A stretch of DNA of 64,000 nt. Origin: a virus (taxonomy: Duplodnaviria; Caudoviricetes). This document shows positions 30,801-39,000 of the stretch, piece by piece (within the stretch, counting starts at the first letter, position 1; each line of letters begins with the position of its first letter). The DNA is taken from positions 1,829 to 65,828 of IMG/VR virus record IMGVR_UViG_3300035670_000186, one strand, 5' to 3'. Under the pieces are notes generated by a model. It saw only the letters and a list, made by a program, of their open reading frames with translations. It was not told the origin of the DNA and searched no databases. The position numbers and the translations under genes are program-made.

Positions 30801-33800
30801 ACTTCTGTACTCTTTTGCTATTTTTGCGGCGGCTTTGGCGGAACCACCTTGCTCGACGTCTTCGAACACCGTATCTAGGATCATGCTCATGTCGATTAGG
30901 GCGCTCTCGTTATTGCCCGAGAAAGGAGTATGACTAGATGTCAACCCCTCCGCTCCCATTTTTTCTCCGCCCATGGCCAAGGCCATCGCTCGTTTTTGCA
31001 TGTCGTCCATGAAATAGACTGTTGAAGTCGCGGCGACGAATTTTTCTATAAAAGATTGCTTGCTGTCGGGGTAGGTCGGATCCGCCGAAACCATTCTGTC
31101 CACGATTGCGCCCATGGCGTTTTTCTGTGCTTCGTAAAGACTCGGCTCTACCCACGGCTGAATCGAGAACTCGAATACCGGAGTACCGGTTTCGCGAATT
31201 ATCGTGTCGACGAGGGACTGAATGTCCGCTCGCATCAACATCAATTGTTTGATTCTGTCGAATTTCGTCCCGATTTGGACTCCGACCCTTGTACCGTCTT
31301 GCTGGACGATCGTATTCAGCGGATTTCGTATGTAGCGCTCGAAAGCTTCGTTGAAGGCGTCTCCGGCGGAATTTGCGTTACCTTTTCCGTCGTTGACGGT
31401 CCAAGACTCGGGTCCTTCCAGGAATTGATTAAGTATGGATCCGAGAAAATTGGCGGCCGCTTCTTCCTCGCTGGAGGTGGATCCGTGCATTGTTCCGAGC
31501 TCGTCGTCAAAGAGATTCTCCGACCACGCCGCTAATTCGCCGCCTTTGTACACCGTGATGCCGAAAGAGTTTCGCAATATACGGCGTATTTTGTTTTGGT
31601 TGACGAATTTTGCATTTCCTGCCCCCGCTGGCGAGTATTCCGTCTGTCTCGGGAGCATCAATTGACGAATCAGTTTTTTGTCTAGATTCCCCATTCGCAT
31701 CGCCATCGTCAAAGCGGCCATAACTTTCCTCGTCCAATCACGACGAGGGTCAAAATTGATGGTGTTATTTTTCGCTTGCTTTATCGCCTTGGGGGATTGG
31801 TTCATGGTTCCGTTTATCACTTGGGCGATTTGCGGAGCTATTTTTGCCAAAGAATCGACGTCCAATAGTTCGGCGACCTCCCTCAGGGTTTTGTCGCCGA
31901 TCGGCGCTCCCATTTCTTCTACTTTGTCCCATAGCCCCCTGGACAGTTCGTCAACGTTTTCCCATCTTGCTTTGAATTGTGGCGCTTGACCGCGTTGGGT
32001 TATTCCTGCTGGGATTGTTTTTGAATATGCCGCCTGTGGTCTTCCGGGATTTATGCTTATTGATGCAACCGGGCCATCCTCGGGCACCGAACGCGCCGAG
32101 ATTCTCCTCGCTAATCGTCCCATCGTGCGAGAAGGCGGGGAGCCGACGATTTGGAAAAAACGTTCGTTGCCGTCGTCTATTTCGTCAACCAGCATTTCCA
32201 ATGCGTCCTTGAACATCGCGGACACTTTTTTGCGCTTGTTTTCCGACGGAATGTCCTGCAGTAGATTTTGCATTTCTTCGGCGACTCGTTCAAAGAGCAG
32301 GCCGACGTTCTGCTGGTCCATGTCGAATTGATCGGCTACGGTCATGAACGTGTCGGCTATCCTCATCGCCGGGCCCATCGGATCGTCGGCGACCACTGAC
32401 CTCAAGTCGAGGTCGTCCACGTTTTGGAAAAGTCTGTTTCCGGATGCGACTATCGCCGCCCTCATTCTCCTCATCGGCTCCTCTGCGTCTCCGATGAGTG
32501 GCGTCATGTCTACGCCTTGAACGACCCTCCTCACGTCGTCGGGAACCGGTCTGTTGACGGTCATCGCCCCCGTGGGTTCGTCTATTTCGGGAAAGATGTT
32601 GCGTTTGCGTTCCGTAAAAACTTTGGGCATCGTGTACGCCGGCAAGGAAAAATCCCCCCATTCGTACAATTCGTCCAGCATCGTCAGAACGCCGTCAGCC
32701 TCATAGTCGGATGGTGCTTTGGTCGAAGCCGCCGACAAAACAACGGCTATCGTTTTGAAAAGACCCATTTTGTCGTTTGGATCGAATATCGTCTCCAAAT
32801 TGCTCGGATCAAATCTGTGCAGGTCGAGCTCTCCCCTTTCCCTGTCGATCCACCCGTCTGCGTATTCCCCGATCTTTAGGGAACCAAATTCGACTTTTTC
32901 CTTGAATATGTCAATCAGCTCTGCGGCTTCGTCCAAAAGCTCCGGATACTCGACTTCGACGAAAAGACCCAAATCGGCGATATTCGCGGCCGGTGCTCCG
33001 TATCTCTTTTTGTAAGCGGCGATTCTGTCGCGTATTCTGCTGGCCACGGGAGACCAGTCACCGCTCTTTCTCCTGGATCGCGGATAGTTTCTTCCAAAAC
33101 GAGAAACCTGCGAAGACATGGCGGCCACCGGTTCGGCACCGGAAATTGCGTCGTCAACGGCATCGGCTATGGCCCGTCTTGTCGCCGACCAGGAAGTATC
33201 GTTGTCAATGGCTTGCGCCAAAGACTCGCGGGTTACGGCAAAAAGTTTGTTTCCGGTTTCTGCGAGATCAACGGCTCCGTCGTAAGCCTCCGCAAGAAAT
33301 TCTTTGTTCTTGGATATCAGCGCCGAAACGTTCGCTCGTGTCTCGGCGACGGTGCCTCCGACCAGTTCGTCCACTGCGTCGGAGAGCGCGGGCGTGTCTA
33401 CTCCGTTCATGATCGCACTTAGGTGGTAGTCCTTCATGCGCAACATGTGCGAGGCGGTTTCGAAAGGATCGTTGTCAATGTTGGCGAGCCAAGATCCGTT
33501 GGGTCTCACCGTTTTGCGAGACGCTCGTGCAGCCAGAACCATGGGCCTCGCCTCAACGCCCAAAAAGTTTTCTATCTCTTCGGGCGCCATTTCTAAAATG
33601 GCTTTGGCCAAATTGGGCAATCTACCCTCGGAAACCAGAGAAGCAAGTTCTCGTGCAAAATTTGAATTACCGGAAGCTACGAAACTTCGCAAAAATTCCT
33701 GATTCCTCAAGGATTCGTACAGCATCGTTGCGTTGAGCGCGCCATCCCCGTTGGTTCCGCCGGAGGCGATAAGGGCCGAGGATCTTTTGTCTTTTTGCGT

Positions 33801-34643
33801 CAATGGGGCGAGTTTGCCGCCGTAGCTCGAGGACTTTAATATTCCGTCCGGAACGCCAGCCAGATCCAGCCTGTTGGTCATCATCATCATCGAATCAGGG
33901 GACGACCGCCTGCTGGTTCGTTTCTTTTTTTTCTTCAAACCGGTTGCTTTGCGAGCTTTTTCAGCCAGCTTGGTCAAATCAGAAAGCGTGCGTTGTTTTT
34001 CTACTTCCGCCTCGACTCTTTGTGTTTCTGCGCTTACCTCGGGGATTTTGTCCGTCGCTTCCGACGACCTTCTAACCACCCGAGATCTTCTCGTCGGGCT
34101 GGGTATTGCGGGAACCCCCGGTTCCCCAGACTCCGTTACTGATTCTGCGATCGTATTCCTGTCCCTCATTTTCGGGACCTTCGGCGCATCGAACGGAGTA
34201 GGATCCGGAACTCCTCTTCCCAGATTGATGAACGGAATTCCCTCGAGTACGATTCTGTCCAAGTCTGCGTCTATCGCCGTCGCAGGATTCATGTCTCTTT
34301 GCATTCCGCCAATGGTCGGACCGAGTACTTTTTTGTTCAGTCCGAGTTCGGCTTCCAGCATTCTGCGACGCTGGCGTCTCCCGAGTGGGCTGGCGCCAGT
34401 AACTCTCCTGTAATCGGATTCGTTACTGCACGGCAACCACACCGTCCCCCCAGTGGTGGAATTGTATTGGCGTATGCCTATACATCCGAGTTGCCTAGCT
34501 CTAGCCCTAGCCGATTCTTTATCGGAATAGGCGTCAAAACTGTCGGGGCGAACCCGCCTAGGGCCGAAAGAGAAACCCTTGGATTCCATATCCGATTTGT
34601 CGGATATTGGGCAACAATCGCCGTTATCGTACTGTTCGGTCAT
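18879..34643 (-). CDS. Giant polyvalent/polyprotein-like protein, 5254 aa: leader, HTH array, ClpN, Nudix, zeta-like P-loop kinase
   Basis: Uninterrupted ORF; 11 PTASM-like motifs; FT..A...HLLL ClpN repeats; GG.....E.....A.RE..EEVG Nudix box; GGATATGKSS P-loop. Confidence 0.9.
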   Translation of the reverse strand: MTEQYDNGDCCPISDKSDMESKGFSFGPRRVRPDSFDAYSDKESARARARQLGCIGIRQYNSTTGGTVWLPCSNESDYRRVTGASPLGRRQRRRMLEAELGLNKKVLGPTIGGMQRDMNPATAIDADLDRIVLEGIPFINLGRGVPDPTPFDAPKVPKMRDRNTIAESVTESGEPGVPAIPSPTRRSRVVRRSSEATDKIPEVSAETQRVEAEVEKQRTLSDLTKLAEKARKATGLKKKKKRTSRRSSPDSMMMMTNRLDLAGVPDGILKSSSYGGKLAPLTQKDKRSSALIASGGTNGDGALNATMLYESLRNQEFLRSFVASGNSNFARELASLVSEGRLPNLAKAILEMAPEEIENFLGVEARPMVLAARASRKTVRPNGSWLANIDNDPFETASHMLRMKDYHLSAIMNGVDTPALSDAVDELVGGTVAETRANVSALISKNKEFLAEAYDGAVDLAETGNKLFAVTRESLAQAIDNDTSWSATRRAIADAVDDAISGAEPVAAMSSQVSRFGRNYPRSRRKSGDWSPVASRIRDRIAAYKKRYGAPAANIADLGLFVEVEYPELLDEAAELIDIFKEKVEFGSLKIGEYADGWIDRERGELDLHRFDPSNLETIFDPNDKMGLFKTIAVVLSAASTKAPSDYEADGVLTMLDELYEWGDFSLPAYTMPKVFTERKRNIFPEIDEPTGAMTVNRPVPDDVRRVVQGVDMTPLIGDAEEPMRRMRAAIVASGNRLFQNVDDLDLRSVVADDPMGPAMRIADTFMTVADQFDMDQQNVGLLFERVAEEMQNLLQDIPSENKRKKVSAMFKDALEMLVDEIDDGNERFFQIVGSPPSRTMGRLARRISARSVPEDGPVASISINPGRPQAAYSKTIPAGITQRGQAPQFKARWENVDELSRGLWDKVEEMGAPIGDKTLREVAELLDVDSLAKIAPQIAQVINGTMNQSPKAIKQAKNNTINFDPRRDWTRKVMAALTMAMRMGNLDKKLIRQLMLPRQTEYSPAGAGNAKFVNQNKIRRILRNSFGITVYKGGELAAWSENLFDDELGTMHGSTSSEEEAAANFLGSILNQFLEGPESWTVNDGKGNANSAGDAFNEAFERYIRNPLNTIVQQDGTRVGVQIGTKFDRIKQLMLMRADIQSLVDTIIRETGTPVFEFSIQPWVEPSLYEAQKNAMGAIVDRMVSADPTYPDSKQSFIEKFVAATSTVYFMDDMQKRAMALAMGGEKMGAEGLTSSHTPFSGNNESALIDMSMILDTVFEDVEQGGSAKAAAKIAKEYRSLDGFIADIRSFSLKNDGRSRDEQIADSVLNGEYVTNDAIKAILEDKFPQFQDRYVAALSDGPVVSMAGPEEKPWSVQLAEIKERVLKQRELLELGRVSSIDEARDDLMKLASARRNILIELSKPNGILSVLSRGVTYERDPLSLGRIARSPEALQALLNKLEDSTINQIYASLVDRINDAFDASAPSLDDDISPPPLSETGIPVEELPIIPRLRKLKRELLNAAKVIAYENGWKPDDPNPTEYEILEGAGFSSYQEMLPDGWPPRITQSDLDMFPSAASKAKAAMEILSLDRRQLLELLSAPETAEATREALAEELAPGLERVKRTISARPADIEWVPTAGHMDQLSYVDAISPLDPESLASAVDALTDDQLSRLDGMSIQSEAGKAAYEAEAKKVNFAGIVRNLFGYAEIHALDAKERKALSDRVAILESEENFSDSLKRLARAAIDGDSELASQLVEEILASPETTTEDTMRMLWTFGSDSSGNSIMSMMPKSLDEAAVMALRKFKAATLAKEQADGGRKLMRETIDALPSDGKGYQPIRISEETETEKTVLSLNELIASYDGTAETAKRIIESLSDFQLENLRRNYIVPSIIQRMDRRSYEERQQFSAQSQLDARLDNLARRLSKAEINGETMENLASMIEEALDAAFGDRSSDMFMLNPEEKVIYGDIVDYFVSGGREILPSDQYRAATRALADLTAESPSGPDMGVLERVAGQARTQTALNDFQPYQGDQTETDDPDDGDLWGSFGIDITASMAAPAPPTPPSDEESKLDALSETDASTIFGNEIEGWIRSGSYTETGAWPITSDAKEAIKARLVIDALFNARRGRMPTLVASRLRSSGQYAKATEAFDDIVAATKRSLARAGYDFPADFDPTNPGALAQSDEAKLFLSTMQELVAIHMSLGKIPPLHRMSNPNNDPDFDPVEEQDIRFGDFQSLSNGKLVYYPEARDEEIARQTDDQALESEEEQFVGDPSTHPIVQQIDRTIRQVKDGFGDFGDWLEQANRYSRILGGEHYEKNSRKFGPGIIDQVMGDPSSLNLDRVIRAISDMFPYEVSDRQLGVAAASLPPDPDDQPGFPSLNSYPNSDVMNRVQVSDERRAKQKKIASSTAKASQVARQRWWTSLTTAPFLDPYEIADIEKTSDGDNFHPDAIIAGLRKHARDNNISSSALQGHLDSANDAAARRFNESAVRRTVAMLVDINKNNRNGIAGELFDLDQQLRQLENQSKELSRFYQDRIRARIQTLTSAVAVMSSGFNAERKRLMSELKAGRMTPQQVVDGIRAAYVAIQPAMLSAMNQTADLSRMAQASNRARQVVYSQMEEVRNRVEEIKNAVNMTTSEMDDRMNQIRGISNGLNMLRNDPTGLESDDITASMGIGSMRYPMIGSEREQPAPKRTLLSSVEQRLAEQTLSLNKMRRENNIEQFVSVPDMRTAMSVLRNETNEDILPTLDVSTPRALEQSVDSASIVAAADMASEALARTKLGGRFLKFSDIALDSLPSLTRRIAYDAVNDGLTQAMDTNLASEADVEAALTMLRSASNNVRNVVLFTSPDMASRILGVSKEDVEDAIATETLLTRARTALRSAHSFASRIADAYSPESVRRMTLNRFPFLSEFGDGAMDLVTPDAENLSIANSAITEAIGFHRQMPMSAENIATAFGLSDDVAKLVYATGSRRKRIAKLSSSLPSDWNFMTYRDRQRWLMSEAATVSLGQMGVANELTKLQKQIEDFGSLDGPYPALARAISGSGLTTGLFGRELVGSDGMSPLFSSNGLRPSDVSSSGAYAFADLADAVPAIYEMSDSALARFLNTDQELVSNLRAAGGALSKNASRRVAEAFGKTAEQIWPDESIPTNIDAGHFYWLASTWDRSGEAVRMLSEGMDEQSVAESLGDDGYFVARQVNQLLNDGTVNRFYDAIGEDFIDQETAANYVSNNSPRSRKEAVALLAQSGYGEPQIVSATGINSNTVRNSLHELRKAGVVPDAVGSPQWISQNSDSIINDYQSGMSKRAMMRKYGIGSQSLESILSGADEYVQNAYSDEPTASMANKRIKDESRMQDGPSENWLEKSNPPQMPDGSPVPPDIDPPAYVGNPFDGTNEESSLSVSGGPKNAKKMAMWRDAVSDWTSLILEGGYFSRRDVTDAERLIGMIFGDIGTDGYEPKEIVIAGDPSDEERLSLTGKDFKIFEIATRSENPASPLFMLTALPSSVKKEFNSTGVFRGVLPTLRMMLLGANDRYFRNPEDGLAIADAAREGVSTADMIQAGFLDEPELPRDMDDDLRLKLWQLRQVMRNPNLATAPPLFEQGDEKVLARLIPIMAAVDERNQLRATYGSGSSTVIGSPSQDIEFTVTGFPVAPNISELSDIMPGEAMFSQLLLSGAMQGDVSARQILDELTPRQLILANWAYGMYTMMSPIIDTFGEMMPTNVMQSAPLNLPDEPGSRRMPGERYPLPVREMDDQVFAFAFDSIFKGLKEIILNPDDFVNSALPMEDFGSAADGMNQFNKSVRLGVSAMVSAKIMSDMLATALYRRAVQATALEEYSSPFYTGQDNNLGWLTYARPRVDSFGFWSMYGPNIVYAGPGSERPYKPGWNDSLGKFVGQIPEVSELTDDENDMIEKINEVVSETPGRYWWETTGAYGQLSDETILNMSPEEFAQYVSDLSEIEFEGDDEITPTQILDKVRENIKDLSWPTPDVQKWDEWLGLVVNGIPQGTVTVPEVLNQLKNIFPYLNVNDPNDVYPVVGKSFEEAIQELALTIEGLPFTVIGEAALSRPQVAVAMTNIDRKIGVTDAVGQLASAILSQYRSNQSVGYRKISSFMRVLDTIVNGPNASADKTLAEAMALGGLLKELEDAGQINEMTSMKLRQSIMSAIAGAIFGDVAVAEGAMEGMGPEEFGSMMESILNRQLGEDLELEQVMKTQEFYDAYQRLLEQQRNEMQDEFAGYINSGMFGSIKTIGEAIAEVSPFVAATERTKRRRQLLGRYKREVLDPIKDQLLSDQQRLKMLPTFEQWLDTTGNGELTSSNDGPDGPVASMSSLTRMAMSRFTNDAVSAVVNGYDEAKEGRNKQLNSSHLLLGAWRIASGNRTGAVNQALRKLDIPIESLQNAMMTALNASDGKESEKVTGFSKAASKAMRNAILAASRRGMEFVDMGDLIVAIVDPNLHDGDDDGVGDLLSQAGISPFQIMSAVGSARVTGDMGPTASMSSGRSRMNAIDKQAERARINAIAQKAWFNSDRSESVRTAYATDGELVDEVSRLMNIYADSVDRKTISQYDWRGGESPLSWTAVRPTNSVLIYGELGQEPFDLVGAINNAVRRADALVVDPRERRRMENILNDMRLYFGNDEHVTTLEESEPTASMGNGFESMMEPIRDLYARSPKLSQKDYYSSIYGDPKASRQELEKAADFSSLRSPFNISKNLGTGTDEDVSWSTNDWSYRKDDQFIEGADSVILRMMDGDISTAQVAMISRKSGPYTDAMALVGGLRDGNEELMTTATRETMEEVGVDLDSALQVEYMGAIEAPDWDPRFVNGVRVGGGMFVVPWNTNLNAASDARAANWIPLSDIAAGKHELAFGHAEWLRRAVAMMQVDPNSDPMGEIRLSIASRLSMLARAARVRNQDLIARINTIRQAAGKKTFLSSTDMPHPMMPWGTRTARSKWTFGGSDPTASMGNNQNPVDDSLARSLDLMDVQSTMTASQLSSGAPTDRHYGVGWNKSGELFGEWTDRDRVENLWRPYVERSMQKAVEGSKGQPESQPTVYILGGATATGKSSARNNGLNGIPNYDTAMVADPDDAKIVMPESRIWFAERLRDAASFTHQESRAVAAAVARMATENGVDLVYDTSGQFNDGYQDITDWRGRGYKVIGHYFFAPNEVLAKRNEERFNRTGRYVAPTIVRTIQNNLSQILPDLMSGGYFDELYIYDSERDPMKPVMVGRLQQGASGLELAIMDPRLFRYIFTDRVGPDDKPIDIRRTKTIPIGRKPQ

Positions 34644-34727
34644 TCAGCCTTGTTCCGATCGTGCGCAAACCCGTGTTCGCGCGCTTATAGTACCGATAAG
34701 AATACTTGCTAAAGAGGTTTCGTGGCG

Positions 34728-35582
34728 TTAGTCAACTAATTTTCTGGAAGTTGCGATTCTTTGCTTTACCTCTATGCTCGCATCCATGAGCTTGATCGTG
34801 ATGGGGGCCGAGGTTATCCCGAGGTTTGGCGTCGCCGTAATTCCCACAGGACCCCTTTCGTCTAGTTTTTCCCATCTTTTTCCCCTCTTGCGACGCTTTC
34901 TTGGGGAGTTGGTCTCCAGATCGGAAAATCGCTCCATCAACAAAGACTTGGTCACTATTATCGGAACGTGATTCTTCACTGAATTTTTTCTCGCCCTTGC
35001 GGCGGCGTCGGTGTTGGCGACGAACTGTCTGCCCCTCTTGCTGCCAGAAATCTTTTTCCTATTCGTGGCCGCTCTTTGGGCCGGGGTCAATTTTCTCCAG
35101 GCTTTTGCGGGTAGGTATCTTCTCGTTCCGCCGGGCCTGATGGCTGGCTTCCCGTCCGATGTCGTCCATTTTTCGGAAGTCCATTTTTTCAAAGAGCGTT
35201 GTTTTTTTGTTTTTTTACCCCTGTATCGCCCTCCGGCTTTTCTGTATTCGGTCGCTACGAGTTGGGCTTTTCTTGCGGACCACTGACCCGGCTTCCCCCC
35301 GCGGGAGCCCGCCATGATTCGTTTTTTGATGCTCTCTCTAAGCTTCGGCTTCGTGTATTCGGACTTGACATTCAGGTCGATGGCGTGATGATATTCCTTT
35401 TTGTCGTACCGTTTCAGCCAAGCATCGTCTTCCGCCGCAGTGGAAAGTCTAGATAGCGTTTCGGCGTCGGCGCACGGCATCCAATTCCCGTCCCCCGACC
35501 TATGGGCGCCCCTGCACCCCATATACCTGGCTATCGTAAGAGCTTGCTGTCTGTCCACGGATTTCACTACATGAACCCCCAT
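34728..35582 (-). CDS. Basic protein with DUF3721-like and DUF5872-like motifs
   Basis: GCRGAH...WMPC; YTKP.LR...GS.GGKPGQWSARKAQ...Y...GG.Y; RYLP.KAW; family names recalled, not searched. Confidence 0.75.
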   Translation of the reverse strand: MGVHVVKSVDRQQALTIARYMGCRGAHRSGDGNWMPCADAETLSRLSTAAEDDAWLKRYDKKEYHHAIDLNVKSEYTKPKLRESIKKRIMAGSRGGKPGQWSARKAQLVATEYRKAGGRYRGKKTKKQRSLKKWTSEKWTTSDGKPAIRPGGTRRYLPAKAWRKLTPAQRAATNRKKISGSKRGRQFVANTDAAARARKNSVKNHVPIIVTKSLLMERFSDLETNSPRKRRKRGKRWEKLDERGPVGITATPNLGITSAPITIKLMDASIEVKQRIATSRKLVD

Positions 35583-36019
35583 GGAACGATTTCTTCTTCG
35601 CTGAGAGCCGCCGTCGTTATCGACATTTCTACGATCGCCTTGGCTGTCTTGTCGATGTTTTCCGGGGTGGCGTTAGCCGACATGGGGATGTTTCTCTTGG
35701 TGTATTCGAAGGCGGCCTCTATCGGCGAGTAACCAAGGGACATCCACGACATTGCGATATTCGTTTCTTCCGCATAATCCGCAAGAACGTCGTCGAATGA
35801 GTTGTAGGGTTTTTCGCCGCTCGCAAAGAGGTCGTACTCCTTGGACAAATTCACCAAAAAATCGGAATCTTTCTGGTTCTCCGGCAGGCTGAACGGAGGG
35901 TACTTGGCCATTTCGGCGATCATAGAAAATTCGGTAACGTACTCCTCCAGCTCGATTTCCCTGATTTCGTCTCGTGCGTCCGTCACTATTATCCCCTTAA
36001 TCTCGGATCGGGTATCCAT
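35567..36019 (-). CDS. Acidic hypothetical protein
   Basis: 150-aa ORF overlapping the end of the 1846-aa gene and the start of the next gene. Confidence 0.7.
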   Translation of the reverse strand: MDTRSEIKGIIVTDARDEIREIELEEYVTEFSMIAEMAKYPPFSLPENQKDSDFLVNLSKEYDLFASGEKPYNSFDDVLADYAEETNIAMSWMSLGYSPIEAAFEYTKRNIPMSANATPENIDKTAKAIVEMSITTAALSEEEIVPWGFM

Positions 36020-39000
36020 TTTTCAGTGTACGGGTTGTAAACCATTCCCGGCCTAGAGGAATCGGTCACGGTGCTGAATATTCCTTCTACTATTTCGTCT
36101 TGTGTGCCAGTCGTCACAGGATTCCTCAACATTATGATTGCCGTTCTGTTGACGATCATCATATGGGCATTCCGTGAAGTCTCCCAAAGTTTTTTCATTA
36201 TCAAATCGGGGTTCCTGGTGGTAACGTCAATTTGGCCCCCACTGTCGTAGGCGTCCACGTTGAAAAGTGCGGCCATCAAGACGTGATCGTTGTTGTATAG
36301 CAATACCTTTTGCGCTCTTACCAGTTCAGCTATGCGCTCGTTCCACGGCGCTTTTCCTTCCGCTTTGAGCTTGGCTATCTCCATTCCTTTCAGTATCTCC
36401 ATTTGAACGAACCAGCCGAAGACCTGAGCGCGCGTTCTCTTGAACCATTCGCTAGCGGGGAGGGTATCCGATGGATCGTCGCTGTTCCACCTCCAAGAAT
36501 CTTCTTGATTTTGCATCGCAGCCGCCAAGATGGATGCGGCCAGAGTGCGAAGAGCTTCCTCTTGCGATGAGTCCGCAAGTTCCGGCACGATTCCGATGTT
36601 TCCACCGGAAATAGTCATATCGTCGTTGACGTTGTTTCCCGTCAGCATGGCCCACACTTGTTTGGCCGATTCGCTCATTGCGTCGGCGCCCGTGCCGGAA
36701 ACATACCTGACGTTTCTGGAAACTCCGTACCATGGCGCATAATATCCGTATCCAGTGTCCGGACGATCCGCTTTGTAAGAAACGTTCGCAGGATTCAAGT
36801 GATCGAATTCGACTCCCTCCAATCCGGTGTCTATCGGCAGATCTCTCGGCGTTCCCGAGTCGTAGCCGACTCTCGTCATGAAGGCCTCGGCCATTATTTC
36901 GACTTGATTTTTGAGCGTCTCCAACTGAAACCTACCCATGATGCGAGCGGTTCTCGGCAACAGGCCTATCGTTATGTCTCCCGACGGATCTCCGTTGGAG
37001 TAGCCGCTATGTCCGCCGGGCGAGTCGAAATTGAGCCCGTAGCCACCCGCGGCCGCTCCTTCTCCGGCGGGAACGTAGTAAGGACCAGAGATGAGTTCTT
37101 GGGCCATCTGGTGCGTAGTGGACCCCGGTTTCGGACTTCTTATTCCTCTTCTTATCGGGAAAAAGTTCGGAGAAAATGAACCCTCTATTTGCGAAGAGCC
37201 GGCGAGAGATTTGTATTCTTCCTCCGTGACTTGAATCGGTTTACCCAGGCCGCCGGAGAAATGCAACGACGCTATTTCCAGCGCTTTTCTGCTATTCCCG
37301 ACTTCTTCGTTGTCGCCTATGCGAGTAGAGTCGACAACGTTTACGGACATCTCCGAAGCGAGGGCTATTCCGGAAAGCATGGTAATCCCGTCCTCGCTTA
37401 GCTCCTCCAACACCAATGGATCGTCTGGCCTAACGTCGTAAGGAATTTCGGGCAAGAATCCTGTTGCTCTGTGCGTTTCGTAAAGACTCATTATGTCTTC
37501 GGCCTTGCGAGGCTCCATCGTTCTTCCGCTCTCGTCCAACGGCACGAACAACTGCGAGTCTTCCAGTCCGCCCACGTTCTTGATTCCGGATTGGGAGGCC
37601 TTGCGTCTTATTCTTCCGACGGCGTTCATGGTTCGCGATTGTTGTTGTCTTTCTCTCCTTATGCTGTCGATCACCTTGAACATATTGGGTCGGAAAATAT
37701 CCACCAATATTTTTTCCATTGCCTCCGCCATCTCGGAGTGCATCACGAATTCTCGTTTTGGTCTCGGGTTTCTGCTTCTGGCTCCGCTCAACCCTCGCCA
37801 GGTGTGCAGGGCACTGGATGCCGAAGACAAAGCGGAAGAATATGCGGCGACCACGTTGTTGAATGCGGTGTACCAATCCTCGGGAAGATCGGTCATTAGG
37901 GCTTTGTTGACCGATTCGACTATTTGTTCTGCTTGTGTCTTGCTGTTACCGTAGTAGTAGTAACCCTCAAAATTGAGCGGGTGCCTCCACAGCACCAACA
38001 ACTTGCCCGCTCGCGGAGCGGAATTCGCCCTCATTCCCGGGGCAAGCTGCCTCATGTATCTGTACCTATTCGATTCGTCCTCTGGCTTGAAAACTTCCAT
38101 GGAGCTTGATCTTCTATATCCGCTCGACATGTAATTGCGAAGATGCGGAGGAGCGAATTTTTCCCTGCCGGAACTTCCGTCGTCTTCTTTGTCGATATAA
38201 CCATTTGGCCTGCCCAGGGAGACGTATTCGTCGGCGAGCTCGGGTCTGTCCGCATAACGCAAATACGCCTCGGTTACGTCGGATCCAGCCGGAACGTCCA
38301 CCACGTCGATCATCTGCATTTGTCGTTTTTCCGAATTCGGAATTTCGTGGTTGCTCGTGGCCAAGAGCAACAGGGCCGCTTGTCTCCAGTTGTTGGTCGA
38401 GGCTCCGGGTTTCACGCCGGGAGCAAGATAGAACTTTTTCCCGAGAAGCGCTTGAACGTCTTGCGAGCTGAGCCCTAGGACCTCAGTGAGTATTTGTCCA
38501 ATTGTGAGCGGTCCAGTCTTGCGGTCGGACTGAAGATTCGCCAATCCTGAGTATTTTCCGGAATTGGCCGAGTCCAAAGTTATTTGGGGATAGGAGACTA
38601 TTGCACCGGCCTTCTTGGATATTTGAACTTGCGGCAACGGCGCCGTAGGCGGTATTTGTTTGTCGACGGTTATTTCGACTTGCGAATAATCCTCCAGATA
38701 CTCTCCCGTTACCGGGTTTCTATACAGTCGGGTTGCATTTTCGTGAACGTACGGGACCCCGTCCTTGTCCAAGTGAACGTTGGCAAAATCGTACTGATTG
38801 ACTCGACCAAGACTGCCAAGGGGAACTTGTCTTACGTTTCCGTCTTCGTCGGTCACGGAGACCATGGTGTTGGCCGCATCCACCAGAGAAGATCGAGTTG
38901 TCTCCGTGGGGGTTTCCGTCAATTCTTCCGCCTGGGGGGTGCTCGGCATCGTTGGTGGCGTAGGCGGAGTCGGCGCGGCTTGGGTTGTTGCGGTTGTTTG

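Noticed and set aside
22478-33900. Further degenerate motif copies (SPDSMMMMT, SIMSMM, QVAVAMT, GVAAASL)
   Set aside because: Too far from the consensus to count without statistics; excluded from the 21
18879-34643. 5254-aa ORF as tape measure, virion RNA polymerase or intein-containing protein
   Set aside because: No tape-measure periodicity, no convincing DxDGD polymerase context and no intein terminal motifs seen
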